Shown: one piece after another, positions 8,897 to 17,362 of the stretch
Layout of the letters: each line of letters opens with the position of its first letter
Numbering within the stretch: position 1 is the first letter of the stretch
DNA from: a virus
IMG/VR virus record: IMGVR_UViG_3300035136_000101
Reading direction: 5' to 3' (one strand)
Length of the DNA: 64,000 bases
The notes under the pieces: model-generated
The model's database searches: none
Seen by the model: only the letters and a program-made list of their open reading frames with translations
Told to the model about the DNA's origin: nothing
Program-made: the position numbers and the translations under genes

Positions 8897-9100
8897 ATGT
8901 CGAGACGGGTTGTTGTTTGGTCTGGATGTGCTGATTCTACATATCTTCTTCATTGGTATGCTACTTATTCTTCTATACAAAATCCTGTTTATGCTATTAC
9001 GGTTGATTATCATCCTCAATTAGATAAGAAATTTATGGCTGCACAAAGAGCAGCAAAATTTGAAATGGAAAAGAAGAATCCACGGTCACCGTTTTTTTAA
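8897..9100 (+). CDS. hypothetical protein
   Basis: start chosen downstream of the palindrome and RBS; the track start at 8858 lies inside the motif. Confidence 0.4.
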   Translation: MSRRVVVWSGCADSTYLLHWYATYSSIQNPVYAITVDYHPQLDKKFMAAQRAAKFEMEKKNPRSPFF

Positions 9101-9111
9101 GGAGAAAAGAA

Positions 9112-9405
9112 ATGAATAAAATAAAATTAGGTGAAGGAAAATATCTTGTTAAGGTTGCAAGAGATAATGATACTAAAGATATAGGAATTGCATTTGTTAA
9201 GTTTGATAATAGTCATAAGATTGGGTCAAAGCCAACAGAAGAAGAAGATAAAAAAGAACCTTCATTTTTTATATCGTTAGGAAATATTAATAGTGCAACT
9301 ATTATGTTGCAAGTACTTACGTATTCAATAGCATTAATAAATGGTGTTTCAGAGACAGATTGGTCAGAACATATAGATTTCGAAAGAGTTAATGGAAGAG
9401 CATAA
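9112..9405 (+). CDS. hypothetical protein
   Basis: ORF track; RBS ggagaaaag. Confidence 0.45.
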   Translation: MNKIKLGEGKYLVKVARDNDTKDIGIAFVKFDNSHKIGSKPTEEEDKKEPSFFISLGNINSATIMLQVLTYSIALINGVSETDWSEHIDFERVNGRA

Positions 9406-9430
9406 TAAAGAATATATGAAAGGTTAAGAA

Positions 9431-9778
9431 ATGAAAATTGATAATTATGGTGAATGTATAATTTGTGATAAATGGTTTAGTTTAGGTGATGAATATGATG
9501 ACCATTTAATGTCTGAACATTCAGATATTATGGATATTGTTATGAAAATTGATGATAGTGAGGATAGTGAGAAAAATAAATTGATTTTTGACCTTATTAG
9601 GAAGGGATATGGGGAAAAACAACTTCCTGATAGATGGAAGGGCAAAGGTGGATTGAAGGATATTTATGAGATTCATGGTTGGGAAGCTGTTTTTTGGGTT
9701 GGTAAAGCCATTAGGCAAGAAGAATTGTATGTTGAAGAGATGAAAGATAGGAATAGTAATGCAGACAATAAAGTTTAA
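9431..9778 (+). CDS. C2H2-type zinc-finger protein
   Basis: CIICDKWFSLGDEYDDHLMSEH = C-x2-C-x3-F-x5-Y-x2-H-x4-H, the classical C2H2 pattern. Confidence 0.45.
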   Translation: MKIDNYGECIICDKWFSLGDEYDDHLMSEHSDIMDIVMKIDDSEDSEKNKLIFDLIRKGYGEKQLPDRWKGKGGLKDIYEIHGWEAVFWVGKAIRQEELYVEEMKDRNSNADNKV

Positions 9779-10307
9779 TTATGATTTTTTGGATGTACCA
9801 TGTAAGAAGAATAAAGAAGTTATGGTTGGTTCTATTACATGTAAAAAATGTAAGCATAACAAAACTTCAGGCATAAGAATGAGATATGGAGGGGAAATAA
9901 TGTGTAATTATGATGAAGATGTTATTGGTGACAGAGAAATAGTTGGTTGGTCATGTAATAAAAATGAAGAGCGGATTGTTTGTAGTGATAAAGATGAAGC
10001 TATACGATATTATCTTGAAGCGTTTGAGTGTGGAGAAAAACCAGATAAGATAAAGGTTTTTGGCTTTGCTCGTTCTGAAATACATGATGATGGAACAGGT
10101 GTTTTAGAAGATTTTTTGATATGGTTAGATGAAGATTTTGGAGATCCAGATAGTGGATGGACAGAACCTTCTGATAAAATGAAAAAGGCAGCAAAAGAAT
10201 TTGTTGATGTCGTAATATCAGAATATGAGGTTTGGGCTTGTGATTGTGTTTATGAAGAGGAAGTTGATTTGAAAAAATGGATTGAAAAGAATGAAAGAAA
10301 AATTTAA
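9759..10307 (+). CDS. Cys-rich hypothetical protein
   Basis: CKKCKHN ... CNYDE ... WSCNK ... CSDKD. Confidence 0.45.
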   Translation: MQTIKFNYDFLDVPCKKNKEVMVGSITCKKCKHNKTSGIRMRYGGEIMCNYDEDVIGDREIVGWSCNKNEERIVCSDKDEAIRYYLEAFECGEKPDKIKVFGFARSEIHDDGTGVLEDFLIWLDEDFGDPDSGWTEPSDKMKKAAKEFVDVVISEYEVWACDCVYEEEVDLKKWIEKNERKI

Positions 10308-10587
10308 AGATCTTGATAAATGTATAGCAATAATTCGTGAAGTATTTGGTAATCCTAGGATATTGATTGAATCAGTGATTGGTCCAGCAACTCATTATGA
10401 TGATGATCCAGATTATTATATTGAAATGACGCTTTATCCATCAAAGTTTTTGGGTGATATATCAAAAGAAGAATTTAGAAAGAAAAGTTTGAAAGTGTAT
10501 TCTATATTGAGACAAAAAGGATATAGAGATATTTGTGAAAAAGTTGTGATTAGAAAAGGTTGGAGTGGAAAGGAAGATAAAAAATGA
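10282..10587 (+). CDS. hypothetical protein
   Basis: ORF track. Confidence 0.4.
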   Translation: MKRMKEKFKDLDKCIAIIREVFGNPRILIESVIGPATHYDDDPDYYIEMTLYPSKFLGDISKEEFRKKSLKVYSILRQKGYRDICEKVVIRKGWSGKEDKK

Positions 10588-11297
10588 AAATTGTAGAACC
10601 ATCAGTTGAAGTTATATTTTGGGCTCCTGAAGATAGTGGAACATTAGAGGAAGGAATTGAGAAAGCAGCAAGAACTTGTTACAAAAGTGAAGGGAAAATT
10701 GGTGAAGGAACAGCGGATAAACTGATTAGGAAACTCAGAAAAAGTGGTCACCATGCTATGCTTGAATTTGGTTATATAATGGCAAGGATTATTGCGGACC
10801 GAGGTTTGAGTCATGAATTGGTAAGGCATAGATTGGCTTCCTTTGCACAGGAATCGACACGATGGTGCAATTACAATTCTGAAAGATTTGATTCTGAAAT
10901 TTCTGTAATAGAACCTCCAGGATTGACAGAGGAACAGAGAGTCATATGGTCTGTAGCAATGGCTGATGCTGAAAGACATTATATGACTTTGATAAAAATT
11001 GGTGCTAAGCCACAAATAGCTAGGTCGGTTCTTCCGATAGGGTTAAAGACTGAGATTGTTATTGGGGCAAATCCAAGGGAATGGAGGCATATTTTTAAGA
11101 TGAGGTGTGATAAATATGCTCACCCTATAATTAGGAGTATAATGATAGAGATTTTGTTGCAGTGTCGTGATAAATATCCTGCTATTTTTGATGATCTTTT
11201 TGATGATTTGCCTGATGAACTTATAAATAAATGGTCGGAATTAAAAGATAAAACTATGAGAGAAGTGATTATGAAACATGTTGTTGACAAAACATGA
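10584..11297 (+). CDS. thyX: flavin-dependent thymidylate synthase ThyX
   Basis: ThyX signature RHR-x7-S then RW/Y (ELVRHRLASFAQESTRWCNY); HHAMLEFGY upstream. Confidence 0.85.
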   Translation: MKIVEPSVEVIFWAPEDSGTLEEGIEKAARTCYKSEGKIGEGTADKLIRKLRKSGHHAMLEFGYIMARIIADRGLSHELVRHRLASFAQESTRWCNYNSERFDSEISVIEPPGLTEEQRVIWSVAMADAERHYMTLIKIGAKPQIARSVLPIGLKTEIVIGANPREWRHIFKMRCDKYAHPIIRSIMIEILLQCRDKYPAIFDDLFDDLPDELINKWSELKDKTMREVIMKHVVDKT

Positions 11298-11315
11298 ATA
11301 TGCTGTAATATATTA
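11286..11315 (+). promoter_or_regulatory. sigma70-like promoter TTGACA-16-TAATAT
   Basis: ttgacaaaacatgaatatgctgtaatat read directly, upstream of 11364. Confidence 0.35.
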
Positions 11316-11363
11316 ATGTTAGATCTGTAGGGCGATCTTACATGGATAGGAAATGAAACAAAA

Positions 11364-11549
11364 ATGAGACCATATAAATCAGAATATTGGTGGTATGAAA
11401 TAAAGCCAAATAGTAGATATGGTAATTTTGAGATAGCAGATTTAAGGGGGTTATCTGATAAAACAAGAGAGAAGCAAGTTTTATGTATAGAGAATGATCC
11501 TGTTTTTGTTAGGTGGTTAGATTTGGCATATCCGCCTAAGCATGTATAG
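11364..11549 (+). CDS. hypothetical protein (MRP..YWW family, copy 1)
   Basis: paralogous to 13108-13317 (MRPxxxxYWW...FVRW). Confidence 0.4.
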   Translation: MRPYKSEYWWYEIKPNSRYGNFEIADLRGLSDKTREKQVLCIENDPVFVRWLDLAYPPKHV

Positions 11550-11561
11550 ATTGATAGAAAG

Positions 11562-11828
11562 GTGATATTGATGATATGCACAAGATGTGATGGTACTGGA
11601 TTTATAAATTGGGATGAAAGGTGTGACCCAGAAGAATTTCATTCTGAAAATGTAGAAGGGGTTTTGAAGTGGATATCAGAACATGAAGATACTGATATGT
11701 CGGTTTGTGATTGTTGTGGGGATGGAGAAGGGTGGTATGGGGTGCCAGGACAACATTATGGACATGATGACCCAATAGGGAAGAATGGACCTTATGCTTA
11801 TAATGGGGGGCTTTGTGAGTGCCATTAA
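11562..11828 (+). CDS. Cys-rich hypothetical protein
   Basis: CTRCDGTG ... CDCCGDGEG. Confidence 0.4.
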   Translation: MILMICTRCDGTGFINWDERCDPEEFHSENVEGVLKWISEHEDTDMSVCDCCGDGEGWYGVPGQHYGHDDPIGKNGPYAYNGGLCECH

Positions 11829-11834
11829 TGAATT

Positions 11835-12056
11835 ATGAAAACTGTAAAAATAACAATTGAAGTTAAAGTACCTAATAAAACTAAGTTTGTAGCTGTTGAC
11901 AAGAATGGGTATGTATATGCTTATTCAAGTGTTAAACCAGTTGTGTTTTCTAACGAAAGTGTATGGGATATTGATGGTGGTGGTATTGAAGAGTCAAAAA
12001 ATTTTTCTAAAAGGGAAGTTTATAATTGGAGAGATACGTTGACGAAAGTTGAATAG
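11835..12056 (+). CDS. hypothetical protein (MKxVKITIEV family, copy 1)
   Basis: paralogous to 12752-13063 (MK.VKITIEV.V...KFVAV..G.VY...NWR.T.T.VE). Confidence 0.45.
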   Translation: MKTVKITIEVKVPNKTKFVAVDKNGYVYAYSSVKPVVFSNESVWDIDGGGIEESKNFSKREVYNWRDTLTKVE

Positions 12057-12058
12057 TT

Positions 12059-12442
12059 ATGGTTGATATAGATAATTTTTTACCGTTGACTGGTAAAGAA
12101 CCACCACCAGGTTGGAGAAGACGTGTTGATGGTTTATCTGCTTTCTATCATGGGGTATGGGATAATAAGAAAAAGCAGATGAGAGTGATAATATCGTATT
12201 CTAATGAATACGGTGATGGTAAATGGTGGTACCATGTTTCAGTATCTCATCGAAAAAGAATTATTACCTATGATGAACTAACATATGTGAAGAGGCATTG
12301 GGTTGGAGATGACCATAAAGCTATTATGGTGCTTCCTGAAAAATCAAAACATGTGAATATACATCCAAATTGTCTTCATTTGTTTTGTTGTCTTGATGGA
12401 GACCCTTTGCCTGATTTTACTGGAGGTATGGATACGATATGA
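12059..12442 (+). CDS. hypothetical protein
   Basis: ORF track; conserved-looking WYHVSVSH...LHLF segment. Confidence 0.45.
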   Translation: MVDIDNFLPLTGKEPPPGWRRRVDGLSAFYHGVWDNKKKQMRVIISYSNEYGDGKWWYHVSVSHRKRIITYDELTYVKRHWVGDDHKAIMVLPEKSKHVNIHPNCLHLFCCLDGDPLPDFTGGMDTI

Positions 12443-12765
12443 CAAAAGAATTCCATGTTGAAACTGGAATATTGACGGAAGTTAAAACATCTAAGGTAGT
12501 TTTGATTACTGTTATAGAAAAACCATTTAGTTCTTTTGGTGAGTATAGAGATGACCATGAACATTCACGTAGTGGAGATCTGCAATCTTATTGTTTTATG
12601 TGTTCTAGATTGTTTAAAAATGAAGACAATATATTTTTAAGTTATTGGGAATCTCATGATAATGTGTTTTTATGTGAATCATGTAAAAATTTAGCATTAG
12701 AGTCTTGTGAAAAAAATATTGGGTCTGGTTTGATTGTAAAGAGGGGAAGATATGAAGAAAGTTAA
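12439..12765 (+). CDS. hypothetical zinc-binding protein
   Basis: CFMCSRLF ... CESCKN. Confidence 0.4.
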   Translation: MTKEFHVETGILTEVKTSKVVLITVIEKPFSSFGEYRDDHEHSRSGDLQSYCFMCSRLFKNEDNIFLSYWESHDNVFLCESCKNLALESCEKNIGSGLIVKRGRYEES

Positions 12766-13063
12766 AATTACAATAGAAGTAGAAGTAAAAGATGAAGCGA
12801 AGTTTGTAGCGGTAGAAAGTGACGGTACCGTTTATTCATTTGGTGAATTTCCTCATCCTTCTCTTCATGGATCATACTTTGAAGTAGAAGATGATGTTTT
12901 TTGTGAGTCTGCTAGAGTTAGTAATTGGCGTGAAACAATTACTGAAGTAGAAGATACTGAAGTAGAAGATACTGAAGTAAAAAATACTGAAGTAAAAAAT
13001 AAAAATAGACCAAATGAGCCTGAGAAAGATTGGTGGGATAACATTTTTGATACCAAAAAATGA
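12752..13063 (+). CDS. hypothetical protein (MKxVKITIEV family, copy 2) with TEVED tandem repeat
   Basis: paralog of 11835-12056; 15-nt x4 tandem repeat at 12944-13003 encodes TEVEDTEVEDTEVKNTEVKN. Confidence 0.45.
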   Translation: MKKVKITIEVEVKDEAKFVAVESDGTVYSFGEFPHPSLHGSYFEVEDDVFCESARVSNWRETITEVEDTEVEDTEVKNTEVKNKNRPNEPEKDWWDNIFDTKK

Positions 13064-13107
13064 TTAGCAGAATGGGGTCAAAAACTGAATAGGTGATGAA
13101 ATAATAA

Positions 13108-13317
13108 ATGAGACCAGATAGACCAGGATATTGGTGGTGGCGTGTTGATGCTTCATGTAAGTGGGAGATAGTAGAAATATTAAAAAATTCTGATGATGAA
13201 TTTATAGTTAGATGGATAGGTAAATCAGGATTTAGTTTTTTGTCTGTTGTTGGAGGTGAGTGGCTTGGAATGGTATGTTTAAATCATGTAATACCATTTG
13301 TTAATGAAGGAGAGTGA
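13108..13317 (+). CDS. hypothetical protein (MRP..YWW family, copy 2)
   Basis: paralog of 11364-11549. Confidence 0.4.
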   Translation: MRPDRPGYWWWRVDASCKWEIVEILKNSDDEFIVRWIGKSGFSFLSVVGGEWLGMVCLNHVIPFVNEGE

Positions 13318-13532
13318 TATGTATAAAGAAAAATTAGAAGTATTACGTGCAAATGTTGCTGTTCAATCTTCTGATGGAAATTGGAATTATGACCCATATA
13401 ATCATGGTTATGCTAATGGTTTAATTTTAGCTGAAGCTATTATGCATGATTTGGAACCTAGATTTGAAGGATTTTGAAAGAATTAGTTTGGATTCTGAAT
13501 TGTCAGCTTTGAATGTTTTGAACAGGAGTATT

Positions 13533-13548
13533 GCGAACTCGAGTTCGT
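13533..13548. promoter_or_regulatory. 16-bp palindrome variant GCGAACTCGAGTTCGT (copy 3), 20 nt upstream of the ATG at 13569
   Basis: one terminal mismatch; followed by aaaggagga RBS. Confidence 0.75.
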
Positions 13549-13568
13549 TGTAAAGGAGGATATATAAA

Positions 13569-13904
13569 ATGGAATGGATAGGTGTTGATTTGGATGGAAC
13601 ATTGGCTGAATATGATAAATGGCGTGGTCCTTCTCATATAGGTAAGCCTATTTCTAAAATGGTTGATAGAGTAAAAAGATGGCTTAAGGATGGAAAGGAT
13701 GTTCAGATTTTAACAGATAGATTTCATAAGGATAATCCTGGTAAGGTTGAATCTGAATTGGCAATTAATTTGTGGACTAAAAGAGTCTTTGGAAAATCGT
13801 TAAAGACTAGAGCTGATAAAGATTTGAATATGATTGAATTATGGGATGATAGATGTATTCAGTTGCTTACTAATACTGGAGAAAGAGTTGATGGTAAAGA
13901 ATAA
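13569..13904 (+). CDS. HAD-family hydrolase (putative nucleotidase/phosphatase)
   Basis: HAD motif I DLDGT (GVDLDGTLAEY); DD-type motif near C-terminus (LWDDR). Confidence 0.55.
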   Translation: MEWIGVDLDGTLAEYDKWRGPSHIGKPISKMVDRVKRWLKDGKDVQILTDRFHKDNPGKVESELAINLWTKRVFGKSLKTRADKDLNMIELWDDRCIQLLTNTGERVDGKE

Positions 13905-13983
13905 AATAATTATATCTTGGAAAATAGATGAATGTTCATTACTTGATGTAAACAGGATTGAGAAAGTAAGATGAGGTTATAAG

Positions 13984-14244
13984 ATGGCTGTTTTTTATGA
14001 AGAACATGAAAAACCAACAAGAATATTTAGTTTTAAAGATACTATTGGTGATTTTCATTTTATTGATTTTACATTAATTTATAGAATAAGTATTCATGAA
14101 AATTGTGCGTCTGATTCATCTGATGTATCTATATTTTGGAATTTTAAAATTACTGGATTAATTAAAACTGAATTTAAGACAAGTAAAGATAGTGCAAAAA
14201 AAATAGCTAATGCATGGTGTATGTGTATTAATGGAGGTAATTAA
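13984..14244 (+). CDS. hypothetical protein
   Basis: ORF track. Confidence 0.35.
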   Translation: MAVFYEEHEKPTRIFSFKDTIGDFHFIDFTLIYRISIHENCASDSSDVSIFWNFKITGLIKTEFKTSKDSAKKIANAWCMCINGGN

Positions 14245-14553
14245 GTGAGTGAAGATGACAGTAAGTTATCTATAGTTAAAAAAAGTAATGATAGTGTTGA
14301 GTTGTTTAGTTTATCTGCAATTTATACTCAAGATGCAGATTCTTGTAGCAATGAAACATGTCAGGAATTGGAATTGAAGACAGATGATGCAGGTTGCGGA
14401 ATGTATTATGTTTTATCTACGAAAAGATGGGCTTTTGAAAGTGTTGATGAGATAGTAGGTATAATTGAAGATTTTCTGAAAAGAGTATGGCATTCTCGAA
14501 CACAATCATTTGGATTGGGTCTGGATCAAAAGGATGGTGAGAATGATGATTGA
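14245..14553 (+). CDS. hypothetical acidic protein
   Basis: ORF track. Confidence 0.4.
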   Translation: MSEDDSKLSIVKKSNDSVELFSLSAIYTQDADSCSNETCQELELKTDDAGCGMYYVLSTKRWAFESVDEIVGIIEDFLKRVWHSRTQSFGLGLDQKDGENDD

Positions 14554-14824
14554 AATTATGAGTAAAATTAAATGTATAAAATGTGATTATATGGCTAAAG
14601 ATATAGAGGATATGATGTGTCATATTGAAAAAGAACATGTTGATGTGTTTAATATGATTGAATCTATTAAGAATGTTGACCCAAATGAAAGAGGTAAAAA
14701 AATTGCTAGTGTTATTGAAGAAATATTAGGAGAAAAGATTCATGGAAATATTAATTATGATTCTCTTAGTGATATGTATGCTTTAAATGGTATATGTTCA
14801 ATATTGGAATTGATTGTTTATTAA
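14543..14824 (+). CDS. C2H2-like zinc-finger protein
   Basis: CIKCDYMAKDIEDMMCHIEKEH = C-x2-C-x12-H-x4-H; start at ATG 14543 after aggatggtgag. Confidence 0.4.
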   Translation: MMIEIMSKIKCIKCDYMAKDIEDMMCHIEKEHVDVFNMIESIKNVDPNERGKKIASVIEEILGEKIHGNINYDSLSDMYALNGICSILELIVY

Positions 14825-14847
14825 TATATATAATAAGGAGAGTAGTT

Positions 14848-15363
14848 GTGGTTAAACCTGAGATTAAGCCGGAATGGGTTGAAAAGTATACTGATTCATT
14901 TGCATCACATTTAAGATATTATCGGCAGGCTGCTGATAAACTTGGTGTGGATAAATCACTTGTGCTGATTCATGATAATTCAAAAAGTATGGATGAAGAG
15001 TTTCCTTGGTATGTAAGGAGATTTGGTGGTGAGATTAAAGATGATCCTGAATGGTTGGCTGCTTGGAATCATCATATTCATAATAATCCTCATCATTGGG
15101 AATATTGGATAACACCAGGTGGTAATAATGAACCTAATACAATATTGCCAATGCCAGAAAGATATGTGTTAGAAATGGTGGCAGATTGGATGGGGTCTGG
15201 ACGTGCATATACTGGTGATTGGGATATGACAGATTGGTTAAGTAGAAATTTGTCAAAGATAAAAATTCATAACAAAACAAGAGATAATGTTGAGAAAATT
15301 TTAGTTGATAAGCTTGGATATGAGAAACAGAATATACTGTTATGGAGATGGAGTTTGAAATGA
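14848..15363 (+). CDS. putative HD-domain-like phosphohydrolase
   Basis: GTG start after aaggagag RBS; LIHDNSK and NHHIHNNPHHWEYW His/Asp-rich metal-binding-like segments; weak. Confidence 0.35.
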   Translation: MVKPEIKPEWVEKYTDSFASHLRYYRQAADKLGVDKSLVLIHDNSKSMDEEFPWYVRRFGGEIKDDPEWLAAWNHHIHNNPHHWEYWITPGGNNEPNTILPMPERYVLEMVADWMGSGRAYTGDWDMTDWLSRNLSKIKIHNKTRDNVEKILVDKLGYEKQNILLWRWSLK

Positions 15364-15429
15364 GTGGTTTTTTGTCGGGTATTTGGGGTTGTAAAGAGGG
15401 TAGTTGTTTATTGTTAGAAGAGGATACTA

Positions 15430-16155
15430 ATGAATAATTTTATTGTATTTGAAGGTATTGATGGTGTTGGAACTACAACACAATCATATATGATGTATGA
15501 ATATTTAAAAGATTTGATTGGAAAGAATAAAGTTGTATGGACAAAAGAACCAACTGATTCTTGTATCGGATATTTAATACGAGAGATTTTAGGTGGTACA
15601 GAAGAGAAGCCTTCTGGTAATGCCATGGAATTACTGTTTAGAGCGGATAGAATAGACCATGTTGAAGATTTTATAAGACCAAAGATAGAGGAAGGGAAAT
15701 GGGTTATTTGCGATAGATATTATCCTTCAACACTTGTGTATCAAGGAATTCAAAATACTATGTTAGATAGTATAAAGCAGATGAAGCGTATGTTTTATCA
15801 TTTTATTGATAATGATGGAATTGTTATTCCTATTTTAACAATTATTTTAGATGCTGATGTTGATATTTGTCAGAGCAGAATAAAAGATAGAGATACTCAT
15901 CGTGAAATTTATGAAGATATAGAATTTCAATTAAAGGTAAAAGAATTGTATTTAGAGTGGGCTAATGTCGATTGGGATAGAATAGCTGGGGCACATGGTA
16001 AAACTGATGAAATTATTTATCCATGGAATAAAAAAATAGTTGTTGATGCGAACGGAAGTGAAAAAGAAGTTCATGATAGATGTAAAAAAGTATTATGTGA
16101 TGTTTTATCTGATGCTTTAGGTATCGATTGGAACAGTTTAGAAGGTGTAAAATGA
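15430..16155 (+). CDS. tmk: thymidylate kinase
   Basis: P-loop FIVFEGIDGVGTTTQ and DRYYPSTLVYQG (DRY..S..YQG) Tmk motifs. Confidence 0.8.
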   Translation: MNNFIVFEGIDGVGTTTQSYMMYEYLKDLIGKNKVVWTKEPTDSCIGYLIREILGGTEEKPSGNAMELLFRADRIDHVEDFIRPKIEEGKWVICDRYYPSTLVYQGIQNTMLDSIKQMKRMFYHFIDNDGIVIPILTIILDADVDICQSRIKDRDTHREIYEDIEFQLKVKELYLEWANVDWDRIAGAHGKTDEIIYPWNKKIVVDANGSEKEVHDRCKKVLCDVLSDALGIDWNSLEGVK

Positions 16156-16355
16156 AATATTCTGTTTATGCAAAAGTTATTGGAAGTAAATATTTGGGTG
16201 AGGTAGAAGCGTCTAGCGAAAAAGAGGCCATTGAAAAAGGTTGGGAATTAGATGAAGCTTGCGTTTGTCTTTGCCATCAGTGTTCTTCGGAATGTGAAAA
16301 TCCAGAAGTAGATCATATATCTGTTGTTCAGCATGGAGATGAAGATAATGGGTGA
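16152..16355 (+). CDS. Cys-rich hypothetical protein
   Basis: CVCLCHQCSSEC; start at ATG 16152 after gaaggtg. Confidence 0.35.
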   Translation: MKYSVYAKVIGSKYLGEVEASSEKEAIEKGWELDEACVCLCHQCSSECENPEVDHISVVQHGDEDNG

Positions 16356-16716
16356 TTTTGATAAGAGTGGTGTTGAGTTAATAGCAGATGAGAGAAGAAG
16401 GCAGATTGAAGAAGAGAAGTATAGTTTAAAACACGATAGGTCTGTTAATAATTGTGGTCAATTGTCTTGGGCAGCTATTGCATATGCTGCACCTGGAAGA
16501 GTATACAGAAGAATGGGTTTAGGAGAATCTAATTTTAAGTTTATGGACCCTTTTCCTTGGGATATTCAGTATGATGCTAGACTTAGAACTAGAAAAGCAA
16601 ATAGAGGTAGTTTTTGTCCTTCTGAATATGAAAAAGAGGAGAGGATGAGTTTGTTGATAAAAGCTGGTGCTTTGATTGCTGCAGAGATAGATAGGTTGAA
16701 CAAATGGCAGAAGTAA
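16348..16716 (+). CDS. hypothetical protein
   Basis: start at ATG 16348 after ggagatgaag. Confidence 0.4.
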   Translation: MGDFDKSGVELIADERRRQIEEEKYSLKHDRSVNNCGQLSWAAIAYAAPGRVYRRMGLGESNFKFMDPFPWDIQYDARLRTRKANRGSFCPSEYEKEERMSLLIKAGALIAAEIDRLNKWQK

Positions 16717-16961
16717 AAGATGGGTTAGAAGTACTTTCTAGGGTTTCTGGTGTTCCTAAAAATGAAGTTGATGAAATATGGCAGAGGGTAAAAGAAAACA
16801 AAGCCAGGTTAGATTCTTGTGAACTTCCTCATGATTTTTATCCGATAAATGAGAATGGTAGGTTACCAAGAAAAGCTGTATGCAAGAAGTGTCTTGGTGT
16901 TGTTGATATAACTAATGCTAGATTTTATATACAAGGTTTAAGAGATGCAAAACAAGGATGA
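16704..16961 (+). CDS. hypothetical protein
   Basis: ORF track. Confidence 0.4.
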   Translation: MAEVKDGLEVLSRVSGVPKNEVDEIWQRVKENKARLDSCELPHDFYPINENGRLPRKAVCKKCLGVVDITNARFYIQGLRDAKQG

Positions 16962-17127
16962 AAAGGTTCATATTTGTACATGGGAAGACCCATGGACACC
17001 TGAAAAATCTAAGAGAGCACAGCATCCATTTGCTAAATGTGTATTTGATGGTGGTTGGGACCAAGAATATGAGAGATATGAATGTCCATGTTGTGGCAAG
17101 AGATTTAAAGTAGATATTCCTGGTTAG
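16945..17127 (+). CDS. small zinc-ribbon protein
   Basis: CPCCGKRF. Confidence 0.35.
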   Translation: MQNKDEKVHICTWEDPWTPEKSKRAQHPFAKCVFDGGWDQEYERYECPCCGKRFKVDIPG

Positions 17128-17144
17128 GAATGGAAGGATAGAAA

Positions 17145-17351
17145 ATGAAAGAGAAGAGGATGAGGGATGAAGATAGATTAATTGGAATAGCTTTTGATGA
17201 TAAGTATGATGATAATTGTCCATGTTTTCATGTATTTGAAAATGAAGATGATTTGATAGAATTTATTGGTGACAATAAAGATGAAATTGGAGAGTATTCT
17301 ATATATAAACTAGAAAGAATTTTTTTAGATCAAGATAGAATTTTGCATTAA
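17145..17351 (+). CDS. hypothetical acidic protein
   Basis: ORF track. Confidence 0.35.
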   Translation: MKEKRMRDEDRLIGIAFDDKYDDNCPCFHVFENEDDLIEFIGDNKDEIGEYSIYKLERIFLDQDRILH

Positions 17352-17362
17352 CAAGGAGATGA

